Positions 16,781-26,360 of a DNA stretch of 64,000 bases are shown here, piece by piece. Source of the stretch: an uncultured virus (IMG/VR IMGVR_UViG_3300030708_001952) (Duplodnaviria > Heunggongvirae > Uroviricota > Caudoviricetes); the IMG/VR virus record IMGVR_UViG_3300030708_001952; one strand, given 5' to 3'. The notes beneath the pieces were generated by a model. That model searched no databases. It saw only the letters and a list, made by a program, of their open reading frames with translations, and was not told the DNA's origin. The position numbers were made by a program, and so were the translations under genes. Positions within the stretch are counted from its first letter, which is position 1; every line of letters begins with the position of its first letter.

Positions 16781-16965
16781 TGATGTCTTACAATAGTTTA
16801 GAGAACTATTTTAAGACAAATTTTGCTTTGATCCAGCATCATAAATATAGTCTAGCAGAGATCGAGAATCAAGTTCCCTGGGAAAGAGAAGTATATATTG
16901 CTCTACTTCTCCAGCATCTTGAGGAAGAGAATCTAAAACAAAAGCAGGCTAACGCAAGTAGGTAA
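16777..16965 (+). CDS. gp51: Baseplate hub assembly catalyst
   Basis: NYFKTNFALIQHHKYSLAEIEN..PWEREVY. Confidence 0.92.
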   Translation: MMMSYNSLENYFKTNFALIQHHKYSLAEIENQVPWEREVYIALLLQHLEEENLKQKQANASR

Positions 16966-19900
16966 TGGCACTGGACACCAGCAAGTTTAAACAGAATCCT
17001 CTTGCCGCAAGCAACGCTTCAATGGTGAAGTTGCAGGCGGAGAGCGTCAAGCAGCAGATGGTTAGTAATCATCTGCTCAGTGACCTTGTTAGTATCCAGT
17101 CTCAGCAACTGAAGCTGCAGAAGCAGCAGATGCTGCTAGACAAAAAGAAAATTCAAGCCTCTAAGTTTAGTAGACAGGAAGCATCCATCGAGAGGATGAG
17201 TTCTGGTGTCTCTAAATCTGTTAAGGGACCAAAAAAGAAAGGTAAAGTAAATCCCAAGGATCTGCTCAAGCTCCTTGGTCTTGGTGCTTTGGTTGGTGGA
17301 ACTGCAGCGATTGCAGCAAACTCTGATGCTATCCTGGGTCTCATTGCAAATACCCTGGACAATGTGGCAGGGTCTATTGATAATGCTGAGAAGAAACTGC
17401 GTGAGTTTGGCGAGCGTGCAAAGAAAACTTACGGACAACTTAGAAATCTAGCAACACCAATCGATGGCTTCAGTGCCTTCGGTATTGGTAATATGGCGAT
17501 GGGTGTGACCACCGCCAAGAAGATGACCGCGCTCAAGGATGGAGCGAAGGTCCGTGCTGCGATTGGTAGAGGTGTAAGCGGTGCAGTCGGTGGCACTTCA
17601 GAACTTATTGGCAAAGGTGTCAGAAAAACTAAAGATGCTATCCAAGGTGGTATAAAATCAGCTACTCCTGGTGTCACCAGAGCTCTGGATAGTGTAGATG
17701 ATCTTGCGAAGACACCTACTGCTGCTACCAAAATAACTCCTGGGCGTATCTTCGGCAGAATCAGAGAAGGATTGCAGCCTATGGGTGTGGATCCTAGCAA
17801 GAGTGTTGCTGCTAGGTTCCAAAGACTTGTGGGTGCTGGTGGTGCTGCTCAAGGTAGAGTTGCGAACACTGCTAATGCTATCAAGCAGCAGAGCCAGTTG
17901 TTTATGCAGGGCATCACTGGTGCCAATAATGCAACTGTTCTCAGCACTGCAGGTCGTCCCTTCCCGAACGTTGCACGTGGTGCTGGTGCTCTTGGAGATG
18001 AAGCAGGTGGTTTCTTCCGTGCTGGTAGAGGCATTAGAACTGGTGTTCAGAACATTGCTTCTGGCAAGGCACTTCGGGATCTGACATCCAACCTGGGTAA
18101 GTTAAAAGCAAAATCAATTACTAGTTTGTCCAATGTTTTCAAGGCATTGCCTGGACAAATTGGTGCTATGGGTAAAGCATCGGCACAACTTGGTAAGAAT
18201 ATCAAGACTGCCATTGCAAACTTTGATCTTGGTAAGGCTGGTGTCCAACTTGGTAAGGTAGCAACCCGAGGTGGTGTTGCTGGTGTAAGAGGTGCTGGTA
18301 AAGTTCTTGGTGCTGCTCCTGGTGCTGTGAAAGCAGTTGGTGGTGCTCTTGGAAAGACTGGTGGTGGTCTAGTAAAAGCAGCGAAGATAGGTGGCGCTGG
18401 TCTGAAGAGGGTTCCTCTCATCGGTTCTCTTCTCTCCGCTGGCTTCGGTGCTATGGAAGCGAACGAGGAAGAGATAGCTCGTTTGATGCAAGAGAATAAT
18501 ATGTCACGAGAGCAAGTCCAGGCTGGTCTTGCTGATGGTAGTCTGCAGAAAGATAAGGGTAAGATTGTTGCTAGATCTGCTGGTGCAGGTATTGGTGCAG
18601 GTGCTGGCGCAGTTGTTGGTGGTATTCTGGGTAGTGCTCTCGGTCCTATCGGTACTGCTCTCGGTGCTGCTGCTGGTTCTTGGTTGGGTGAGAACATCGG
18701 TAAGTTCTTTGCAGAACCATTCGCCAAGATCTTCAAAGGATTTGATTTCGGTAAGACCTTCGGACCTCTTGTCGATACCTTTAAGACTATGACTAGTGGT
18801 ATCGGTGAAGCATTCGGTCAGATCTTTGCAGCCTTTGGTGGCGGAGAAGGTGGAGGAGATAGCGAGGGATTCATTGGAGCAATCAAGAAAGCAGGTGAAG
18901 TTACTGCTGTCCTTGCCAAGTTGTCCTTGAAACTCTTGGTTCCTACTCTTCAGCTTGTGATGAAGGGTATCGAACTTCTGGTTGGTGGCATTAAGAATCT
19001 GATTGTTGGTGCAGTCAATGGTATCAAGGGAATGATCGATGGGGTTATGAATCTCCCCTTCATTGGTGATCAGATTCGTGGAGCCCTAGAACGTGGTGGC
19101 GGATTCCTCAAGGCAATCAATGAGTTTGCTGATCAGGATCTGTCAATTAAGAGTGATGCATTTGGTACAGGTGGTGGGCAGTTACCTGCTACTGGTGTTG
19201 GTGGCGGTGGTGGTAAACCTATCCTGACATCAGGTCGTGGGATGCGTTGGGGTAAGATGCACCAGGGCATCGACATCGGATTCGCTGGTGACAGAGGTGG
19301 TCAACCTATGTACCTGCCTAGAGGTGCTGTTATCACAGACGCACGTGCTGAGGGCAGAGGTGATGCTGGATACGGTAACTCTGTTTACTTCACTACAGAT
19401 GATGGCGTGACCCATCTGTATGCGCATATGCAGAGACCTACTAAGTTGCGCATCGGTCAGTCCTATAAGAAAGGTACCTTCGTTGGTAAGTTGGGCAACA
19501 CAGGTAGAAGTACAGCCCCTCACCTGCATTGGGAGACAAGTAAGAATGAAGCAGACGTGGGTCGCGGCGGTCCTGGTCTCAAAGATCCTCGTAAGTTTGG
19601 ATATAGTCTTAACTCTCCCTTCAGTTCTACTGGTTCTGCTGGTGTGTCAAGCAGTATGAATTATGGTGAGAGATCTGCTCTCACTCCTACTGTTGCCGCT
19701 GCTTCAGGTAATCCTATTAGCAATACCCTTCGTAATATGTCTGGTAGTGTGAGAGGACTGCAAGAACAACTCAACAGACGCACTGGTTTGCAAGGTGATA
19801 CGGGTGACAAGATGGATCTGCAAGCAGAACTACTGAAAGCACTTGGAGTTATGAGTGGTGGCACTACTGCAGCCACCACTGCTAGTGCTAGCAATGCTGG

Positions 19901-19997
19901 TGATGGTGGTACTCCAGTCGCGACTGGTACAGTAGCGATGTTCCCCACTGCATCTCCTGTCAGAGATGGCGGTCACGTATTTGAAGTTGTAAACTGA
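16965..19997 (+). CDS. Tape-measure-like protein with C-terminal M23 peptidase
   Basis: Gly/Ala-rich helical body; HQGIDI, GYGN, YAHM, GNTGRSTAPHLHWE. Confidence 0.8.
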   Translation: MALDTSKFKQNPLAASNASMVKLQAESVKQQMVSNHLLSDLVSIQSQQLKLQKQQMLLDKKKIQASKFSRQEASIERMSSGVSKSVKGPKKKGKVNPKDLLKLLGLGALVGGTAAIAANSDAILGLIANTLDNVAGSIDNAEKKLREFGERAKKTYGQLRNLATPIDGFSAFGIGNMAMGVTTAKKMTALKDGAKVRAAIGRGVSGAVGGTSELIGKGVRKTKDAIQGGIKSATPGVTRALDSVDDLAKTPTAATKITPGRIFGRIREGLQPMGVDPSKSVAARFQRLVGAGGAAQGRVANTANAIKQQSQLFMQGITGANNATVLSTAGRPFPNVARGAGALGDEAGGFFRAGRGIRTGVQNIASGKALRDLTSNLGKLKAKSITSLSNVFKALPGQIGAMGKASAQLGKNIKTAIANFDLGKAGVQLGKVATRGGVAGVRGAGKVLGAAPGAVKAVGGALGKTGGGLVKAAKIGGAGLKRVPLIGSLLSAGFGAMEANEEEIARLMQENNMSREQVQAGLADGSLQKDKGKIVARSAGAGIGAGAGAVVGGILGSALGPIGTALGAAAGSWLGENIGKFFAEPFAKIFKGFDFGKTFGPLVDTFKTMTSGIGEAFGQIFAAFGGGEGGGDSEGFIGAIKKAGEVTAVLAKLSLKLLVPTLQLVMKGIELLVGGIKNLIVGAVNGIKGMIDGVMNLPFIGDQIRGALERGGGFLKAINEFADQDLSIKSDAFGTGGGQLPATGVGGGGGKPILTSGRGMRWGKMHQGIDIGFAGDRGGQPMYLPRGAVITDARAEGRGDAGYGNSVYFTTDDGVTHLYAHMQRPTKLRIGQSYKKGTFVGKLGNTGRSTAPHLHWETSKNEADVGRGGPGLKDPRKFGYSLNSPFSSTGSAGVSSSMNYGERSALTPTVAAASGNPISNTLRNMSGSVRGLQEQLNRRTGLQGDTGDKMDLQAELLKALGVMSGGTTAATTASASNAGDGGTPVATGTVAMFPTASPVRDGGHVFEVVN

Positions 19998-21331
19998 TGA
20001 GCGAATCTCAAGGACAATTAGGTTGGAAACTGATCCAGTGTGAACTTACACTGGGCACTGGTGAGATTGAGAACATCACTAATAAACTCCTCAACTTTAC
20101 TTACTATGAGGATCTAGAGAGGATCAATCCTACTGCTACTGCACAGATCTCTGACCTGGGTGCTCAAGATATGGCACTCACAGGTGGAGAAGCATTCAAA
20201 ATTATTCTGGAGACAGATCAGTCTGATGACAGTGGCGAGAAGCAATATGATTTCATTGTTAGTAAAGTTAATGTAGTATCTAAGACAGATAAAGGTAACA
20301 TCATCTCCTTACATCTGGTCAAGGAAGATAGTAAAAAGATTAGCGAGTTTAAAACTAAGAAAGCATACACTGGCACAGGTGATAAGATCATCGCCAAGTT
20401 GTTTGAAGATGCTGGTGTAGAAGCCAGAGTTATGAGTAGAGATGTACCATTCAACCCACAGAAAATGTTGGGTGAGGGTAGAACTCTTGCGCAGATGGTA
20501 CGCAATGTTTGTATGACATCCATCTCTAATGAGGGGATGAAAGCACAGACGTGTGGGTATTTTTTCTGGGGTACAAAAGATGGATACCACCTAGCATCTA
20601 TTGACAACCTGCTTTCAAATGGTAAAGAGGATAATTATCAAGGTGCTGAGGCAGAGTATACATATTATCAGTCAGTTGCTAACAGTAACGTACCTGCCCA
20701 CCTGATCATTCAAAGTTTTGAGAACAAGACTGATGGTGATCTGAAAACAATGGCTGACAAAGGTGTTTTCGCTGCTATCATACAGATTACCAACACAGAT
20801 ACTCAAGAAGTCAAAGAGGTGAAGTGGATGCTTAAGGATCATTGGGATTCTTGGGCACACATTGGAACACAAAGTGCCTTCCCTGATTGGGCACTGAAAT
20901 GGCTTGATGAGTATCTGCAAGGTAAAACTTCCCGCACTTTTGAAGTTACAGTTAGCAATGAAGCACAGTACGACAAGGATGATCCAGCAGTAAGCACAGA
21001 AGATCAAAGCGAAGACAGGACAGACGGGGCAACAGAGTATCAAGACTGGGGTCCTATGACAAAGTGTCAATACAACGCTAGGCGTGCTACAATGGTGATG
21101 AACGTTTCAAATGTTGTCATCCCAGGCAATGCTAAACTACGTGCTGGTGATAAGATCACATTGAAACTCGCATCTTCTACACCTGATGCTTTCCGAAGAG
21201 CAGATGATGAAGACAAGAGACGCAGTGGTGATTATCTTATCTTCAGGTTGGCGCATAGATATAGTATGGTGCCACGAGAATGCTTTACGGCTGCAACCTT
21301 AGTTAAAGACTCACTGAACAAAAATTGCTAA
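19997..21331 (+). CDS. Putative baseplate hub protein (gp27-like position)
   Basis: YFFWGTKDGYH, IPGNAKLRAGD, SGDYLIFRLAH, LVKDS pattern; synteny. Confidence 0.6.
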   Translation: MSESQGQLGWKLIQCELTLGTGEIENITNKLLNFTYYEDLERINPTATAQISDLGAQDMALTGGEAFKIILETDQSDDSGEKQYDFIVSKVNVVSKTDKGNIISLHLVKEDSKKISEFKTKKAYTGTGDKIIAKLFEDAGVEARVMSRDVPFNPQKMLGEGRTLAQMVRNVCMTSISNEGMKAQTCGYFFWGTKDGYHLASIDNLLSNGKEDNYQGAEAEYTYYQSVANSNVPAHLIIQSFENKTDGDLKTMADKGVFAAIIQITNTDTQEVKEVKWMLKDHWDSWAHIGTQSAFPDWALKWLDEYLQGKTSRTFEVTVSNEAQYDKDDPAVSTEDQSEDRTDGATEYQDWGPMTKCQYNARRATMVMNVSNVVIPGNAKLRAGDKITLKLASSTPDAFRRADDEDKRRSGDYLIFRLAHRYSMVPRECFTAATLVKDSLNKNC

Positions 21332-21334
21332 CCA

Positions 21335-21514
21335 ATGGATAAAGAATTTCTCAAACAGTATCCTCCTCATATGACCCAAGGGTTATATGAAATCCTTTCC
21401 CGTATTGAAACGGAAGAGGAAGAGAGTATGCGTGTCAAACTCTATGGGCAACTAGCCATAGGGTTAGAGGCACTGAAGATGCGGATTGAAAGTCCAGAGT
21501 ATGATCCAAATTAG
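21335..21514 (+). CDS. Hypothetical protein (59 aa)
   Basis: Hand-translated MDKEFLKQYPPHMTQGLYEILSRIE...SPEYDPN*. Confidence 0.5.
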   Translation: MDKEFLKQYPPHMTQGLYEILSRIETEEEESMRVKLYGQLAIGLEALKMRIESPEYDPN

Positions 21515-21533
21515 GATCACGATTCTAAATAAT

Positions 21534-21576
21534 TCGGAAAAAAAACTCCGCCAAAAAATTGTCCCTTTAGGTTTTT
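21534..21576 (+). repeat. A-tract direct repeat, copy 1
   Basis: TCGGAAAAAAAACTCCGCCAA-N11-TTTAGGTTTTT. Confidence 0.85.
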
Positions 21577-21580
21577 CCCT

Positions 21581-21808
21581 ATGGATTCCATCGAACAGCA
21601 CATTGCTAAAGACAAGGAGATTCTTAACAACCCTACGACATCTCCTCAAGCACGTCGTCACATCGAAGAAGAGCTGCACGATTTAGAAGAGTACGTGGAG
21701 CACCACAAGGCAGAGATCGAAGCAGGAGATCACCACGATCCCTCACCGCTCGAACTCTACTGCGATCAAGAACCAGGCGCACCTGAATGTAAGATTCACG
21801 ATAACTAA
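21581..21808 (+). CDS. cp12: CP12 Calvin-cycle inhibitor (phage type)
   Basis: C-terminal PLELYCDQEPGAPECKIHDN with CP12 Cys pair. Confidence 0.9.
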   Translation: MDSIEQHIAKDKEILNNPTTSPQARRHIEEELHDLEEYVEHHKAEIEAGDHHDPSPLELYCDQEPGAPECKIHDN

Positions 21809-24800
21809 TGGAGAATAGTGCAAACGTAGCCAGGATACAAGATCTTTTTGCATTCCAAAAAGGTTTTGTAGAAGACATCACCGACCCGAAGGGGAGCGGT
21901 AGGATTAAGGTACGAATTATCGGAAAGGAGTATCGTCAAGAGGACGATAAAACTATCCCCGAACCTCCTACTGCTGACCTCCCTTGGGCAACGGTGATGA
22001 TGCCCGTTGATAATGCGGGTGGTACGGCTACAGCTGCGTCTACACACAACATCAAAGTTGGTGACATCGTATGGTGTTTCTTCATTAACGGTGACTCTAA
22101 GCAGAGAGTCGTGGTTGGTGTTCAGAATGCTGTTGCAAATGCAAGCACAGAGAAACCTCCCACTGAACCTACAATTCTTGGGCGTTACGTTGCTGTCTCT
22201 GAAAAGGATGGTAACTCTCCTAATCCTAACAGTCATATTGCTGGGAACCAACCAGAGAAGAATAAGAACTTAGGAACCCAAGGTATTGGTGGTCAAGGTT
22301 CCGAGACTGCCAGTAGGTTGGTTAATTCTGCTAAGGATAACAGTAGCATTGCTAATCAAGCAGGTACTACAGAACTTAGAGTTGCTTGTGCCAAGGGTGC
22401 TGGTGAAAACCCTGCATCGCAGTTAGAAAACGTTCTTGCTGAAATGTTTGCTACATTACAGCATACCAATGGTAACATTGGATCTTATTACATCAGTAAA
22501 TATACTGGTGGTCTTTTCAACTACCAAAAAGCTGCGCAAGGCTATATTCAGCGTGCGCAGGCGATTATTAACGCTGCTATCACTAGAGCATTCGGTGAAC
22601 TGATGGCACTCCTCAAGAAAGGAGTTCAGGCACTGATTAAAGCACTTCTGGCACCCATCCCTGGTGTTTTGGGACAGGTTGTCAAGTGGTTTACTACGAT
22701 GCTAGAGAAGTTGGGCTGTACTATGGACAGTCTCATCGATAGGATCTCTAATTTTGTCGAGGGTGTCCTGATGGGATACATCGGCAACGTTGTTAGTTGG
22801 GCTGCTTGTCAGGTTAAGCGTTTCACTGACGCTATCCTCGGACGTGTGCTCGGTGAGATGAGTGGCATCATCAACACAGCATTTGGTGGACTGTCATCTG
22901 TATTAGGTGCACTTGGTAGTGCAGTTGATATGGTTGGCGGAGCTATCTCTAGTGTGATGAGTCTCTTAGGTATTCAGTGCAGCGGCAACGCGAAGTGCAG
23001 TGGAGACACTAAGAAGAAGAGCACAAAGGAAGGAAGTAAGAGCGGTCTGGAAGCAGGCTACAATGATCTGGATGAATTGCTCAACGCACTAGAGTCTGGC
23101 AACCATCTACCGATTGATTCTTATTGTGGTGATGCAACTACAGATCCAGAACCAAAGACAGAAATAAACGTTTGGGGTCCGCAAGTTCCCCCTGGTACAG
23201 GAGGTGGTACAGATGGAGGAGGAGATACAGACAGTCCTTTCGGATCCACAGATGGCACAAACAGTCCTACGGGTATACCGCACGACGAAATTGACAACTC
23301 TGTCTGTGCGAGTAGAAGTTTCCGTGTGGAAGATATCCTGGAAGTCAATGGGGTGAAGGAAGGAGAAGATGCTATTATTACTCTCCGACGTCTTGGAAAC
23401 TCTGAAACGAGTAGTTCTGCTACCTATTACACTGTTGATGGTACTGCTAAGGCTGGCGAAGACTATTGTCCTGTCAATGGATTCGTTGGATGGGGTGTTG
23501 GTGAAACCGAGCGAACAATTACCGTTAAGACTCTCGATGATGGTGTAGAAGACGGTAATAAGTTTTTCTTTGTCAAGATGAATCACGATGGTTGTGGTGA
23601 TCTAGACAAACCTGTCGCTAAGATTTGGATTACTGATAATGGTGTTGGAACACAAGGATCTTTCCCCACTACTGACGTCCCAGATGGATTGGGTGTTGGT
23701 GGTGTACCGTCTACTCTGAACACAGATCAACCTGCATACTTCCTGTCTGTTGACAAGCAAGTTGTATATGAAGGTGAGACTGTGACATTTAACCTCACTA
23801 CATTCAACGTGGCAGATGGAGAAACAGTCAACTACACCATCGGAAGAGAATCAACAGGCATCACAGTCGAAGACATCGCGTACGTGGTTGAGAATGGTGA
23901 TACCGTTTACCCTACTATTCCTTCTGATCTGGGGAGAACTTTTACTGTCCAAGATAACAAGGCTAGCGTCACTATCGCACTGGTAAACGATGGTATCGTA
24001 GAGGATACTAATGAGATTGCAGAGCAACTCTTTGTTACCTTGAATAATCTTGGTGTTAGTGCTGGTGTTTCTGTCTTAGATTCTACAGAGACTAGCAGCA
24101 GTTCTTTCAGTGGCAAAACACTCAACATTACTGCTGATAAAGTCTCAGTATTTGAAGGAGAATCTGTCAAGTTTACGTTGACAGGTACTGGGTTTTCAGA
24201 CAATGAGAAGGTTGCTTATACTATCTTCGGTCCAAACATCAATGAAAGTGATGTCTTGCAACCTTTGGAAGGAACTGTCTTTATGGAAGACAACAAAGCA
24301 GAATTTGTTGTCGATGTTTTAGATGATAACCTGACAGAAGTTCAAGAGAACTTGATCTTTGCTTGTAATGAATTTGGTGCCAGTGCAACTGTTGTTATTC
24401 GGGCTTCTGTAGAAACACCAGCGTTAACTCCTGGTGTTGATAGAGGTGATGATGACGATGATGGTGCGCCAGAGTTTGATGTACCCATCATCGATGCCGA
24501 TGGTAGTATTATTGACATCGAAGTGAAGAAATCTGGACACAGATATCGTTCTGTTCCATTCATATCGATTGATAGTAATGTTGGCTTCGGTGCTATTGTC
24601 GAACCGATATTAAATAGTAATGGATACTTGTCACGTGTTAGAGTTATCCGTGGTGGACAAGGATACCAGGGTAAGACACGACCTACTAATGTTGTTTGTC
24701 AACTAGTTGGATTTACTATGACTAACGTTGGTGGTCTGTATGACACAGCACCTACTGTTTACGTTGATGGTAAGAGTGATATTGCACGTGCAATTCTTAG

Positions 24801-24999
24801 TCCTCAAGGATATGTTGAAGAGATTCAATTACTTGAAGGCGGTCAAAGTTACAACGAAGTACCTGAAGTAATCATCACAGGTGGTGGTGGCTTCGGTGCT
24901 AAAGCAAAAGCAGATCTACAATGTGTACCTGCTGAAGAATCTGAACTCATCCTGCAAGGTCTTGCTAGAGATCCTGCTAACTATGTGGATTGCCCCTAA
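21808..24999 (+). CDS. gp5: gp5-like baseplate hub protein (N-terminal OB fold, Calx-beta/Ig-like domains)
   Basis: VEDITDPKGSGRIKVRIIG...DLPWA...GDIVWCFF; Calx-beta TVDGTAKAGEDY...ITVKTLDD. Confidence 0.8.
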   Translation: MENSANVARIQDLFAFQKGFVEDITDPKGSGRIKVRIIGKEYRQEDDKTIPEPPTADLPWATVMMPVDNAGGTATAASTHNIKVGDIVWCFFINGDSKQRVVVGVQNAVANASTEKPPTEPTILGRYVAVSEKDGNSPNPNSHIAGNQPEKNKNLGTQGIGGQGSETASRLVNSAKDNSSIANQAGTTELRVACAKGAGENPASQLENVLAEMFATLQHTNGNIGSYYISKYTGGLFNYQKAAQGYIQRAQAIINAAITRAFGELMALLKKGVQALIKALLAPIPGVLGQVVKWFTTMLEKLGCTMDSLIDRISNFVEGVLMGYIGNVVSWAACQVKRFTDAILGRVLGEMSGIINTAFGGLSSVLGALGSAVDMVGGAISSVMSLLGIQCSGNAKCSGDTKKKSTKEGSKSGLEAGYNDLDELLNALESGNHLPIDSYCGDATTDPEPKTEINVWGPQVPPGTGGGTDGGGDTDSPFGSTDGTNSPTGIPHDEIDNSVCASRSFRVEDILEVNGVKEGEDAIITLRRLGNSETSSSATYYTVDGTAKAGEDYCPVNGFVGWGVGETERTITVKTLDDGVEDGNKFFFVKMNHDGCGDLDKPVAKIWITDNGVGTQGSFPTTDVPDGLGVGGVPSTLNTDQPAYFLSVDKQVVYEGETVTFNLTTFNVADGETVNYTIGRESTGITVEDIAYVVENGDTVYPTIPSDLGRTFTVQDNKASVTIALVNDGIVEDTNEIAEQLFVTLNNLGVSAGVSVLDSTETSSSSFSGKTLNITADKVSVFEGESVKFTLTGTGFSDNEKVAYTIFGPNINESDVLQPLEGTVFMEDNKAEFVVDVLDDNLTEVQENLIFACNEFGASATVVIRASVETPALTPGVDRGDDDDDGAPEFDVPIIDADGSIIDIEVKKSGHRYRSVPFISIDSNVGFGAIVEPILNSNGYLSRVRVIRGGQGYQGKTRPTNVVCQLVGFTMTNVGGLYDTAPTVYVDGKSDIARAILSPQGYVEEIQLLEGGQSYNEVPEVIITGGGGFGAKAKADLQCVPAEESELILQGLARDPANYVDCP

Positions 25000-25907
25000 T
25001 GTCAAAACAAAAACCTCTCGATAATCCAGTACATTCTAACGTAAGTAGATCGGGTCATCTTTGGCAGGTGGATGACTCTGCTGAGCAAGGATCTATGATG
25101 ATGATGCACAGAGATGGGCATCATTTGTGGCTTCGTGCTGATGGATCAGTTCAAATCAAAGCAGTCAAGGTGCCTGCTGATAACCCTAACTCAGGTAAGT
25201 TGATCATTCACGCTTGGGGTGATGCACTAATCAAGGTCAATCAAGACTGTAACCTTGACATTGGTGGTAAACTGACTGTTATGTGTGATGATGACGTTGA
25301 TGTCCATTCATTAAAAGATCTCAGTCTCAAGGCAGATGGTAACATCAACCTTAATGCTGGTAAGAACATTAACCTGAATGCTGAGCAAGCAATCGGTATG
25401 GCTGCTAAGTCTAAGGTCTCTACAGCAACACCAAAGACTGAGGTTATTGCTGACATCCAAGAGACTACGGTTACTGGTCCTCAGAACGACACCATTATGG
25501 GTGAGAGAACCATTGCAATGGCTGATCCTAGAGGTACATTTAACATTATGAGTAGTGGTCACCTGACTACACAGGTTGCTGGCGATCATTACAAGGCTAT
25601 CCTGGGTAAAGAGATGGAAGTCATTGCAGGCAATAAGTTCGGTGTCCCACTATCTTTCACAGCAGCACAGACTGCTGCTAAAATGTCGATCATCGGTGGT
25701 CCGAGTGTTGGTGGTAGGATTGAGAAGATTGTGACAGGTAATGATGTGTCTACTGTTGTAGTCGGTAACAAAATTACTAATGTGGTTGCTGGTAACAGTG
25801 TGATGACAGCAGGTGCTGGATCCGTTACCATCGCTGCTGGTGTGAACGCTACCGTGACAGCCACGACCAATGTGACAATCGCAGGAGCGTTCGTCTTCCT
25901 CAACTGA
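24999..25907 (+). CDS. gp5 C-terminal spike (beta-helix) protein
   Basis: SRSGHLWQVDDS...HRDG, repetitive beta strands, ends GAFVFLN. Confidence 0.75.
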   Translation: MSKQKPLDNPVHSNVSRSGHLWQVDDSAEQGSMMMMHRDGHHLWLRADGSVQIKAVKVPADNPNSGKLIIHAWGDALIKVNQDCNLDIGGKLTVMCDDDVDVHSLKDLSLKADGNINLNAGKNINLNAEQAIGMAAKSKVSTATPKTEVIADIQETTVTGPQNDTIMGERTIAMADPRGTFNIMSSGHLTTQVAGDHYKAILGKEMEVIAGNKFGVPLSFTAAQTAAKMSIIGGPSVGGRIEKIVTGNDVSTVVVGNKITNVVAGNSVMTAGAGSVTIAAGVNATVTATTNVTIAGAFVFLN

Positions 25908-25917
25908 TCCTTGACAC

Positions 25918-25928
25918 TGTGCTATAAT
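25918..25928 (+). promoter_or_regulatory. Extended -10 promoter
   Basis: TGTGCTATAAT; similar TGCTATA(A/C)T boxes at about 735, 9940 and 61785. Confidence 0.55.
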
Positions 25929-25951
25929 AAGTGGGTAACGAACCAGACTCA

Positions 25952-26161
25952 ATGCCCGAAGCAACTCTAGAGAACGTCGTCGTGGACATCCAGACCCGTG
26001 CTTTCCACCTGTGGTCCAGCGATGATGATTGTCAGACTGTTGACTGTTCCGATAGCTACGAGGATTTCCTGGCATTGCTGGAGATGATTCGAGGTGAGCA
26101 AGACCGTATCCCTAACCCCATCAAGTATGCACCGCCTTCAGACTTTCTAGAGGAAAATTGA
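25952..26161 (+). CDS. Hypothetical acidic protein
   Basis: ORF after promoter; VVVDIQTRAFHLWS. Confidence 0.65.
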   Translation: MPEATLENVVVDIQTRAFHLWSSDDDCQTVDCSDSYEDFLALLEMIRGEQDRIPNPIKYAPPSDFLEEN

Positions 26162-26179
26162 CTTTCCATTACCAAAAAG

Positions 26180-26222
26180 TCGGAAAAAAAACTCCGCCAA
26201 TTTTTCGACTTTTTAGGTTTTT
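26180..26222 (+). repeat. A-tract direct repeat, copy 2
   Basis: Identical 21-mer and TTTAGGTTTTT as at 21534. Confidence 0.85.
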
Positions 26223-26295
26223 GGGAGTGTAGTCCAAAGGCAGAGACAGACGACTTAAAATCGTCACAGTGTGGGTTCGACTCCCACCACTCCTA
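26223..26295 (+). tRNA. trnL: tRNA-Leu (TAA), short variable loop
   Basis: Acceptor GGGAGTG/CACTCCT; GACGA-ctTAAaa-TCGTC; GTTCGACTC. Confidence 0.92.
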
Positions 26296-26360
26296 TTGGG
26301 CAGTTGTAAAAACCGCCCATTTATTGTACAATAAATAGAACGCTTCGTTATAACGTCGTT

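Noticed and set aside
25911..25928. TTGACA...TATAAT as a canonical -35/-10 promoter
   Set aside because: Only a 6-bp spacer; retained only as an extended -10 element.
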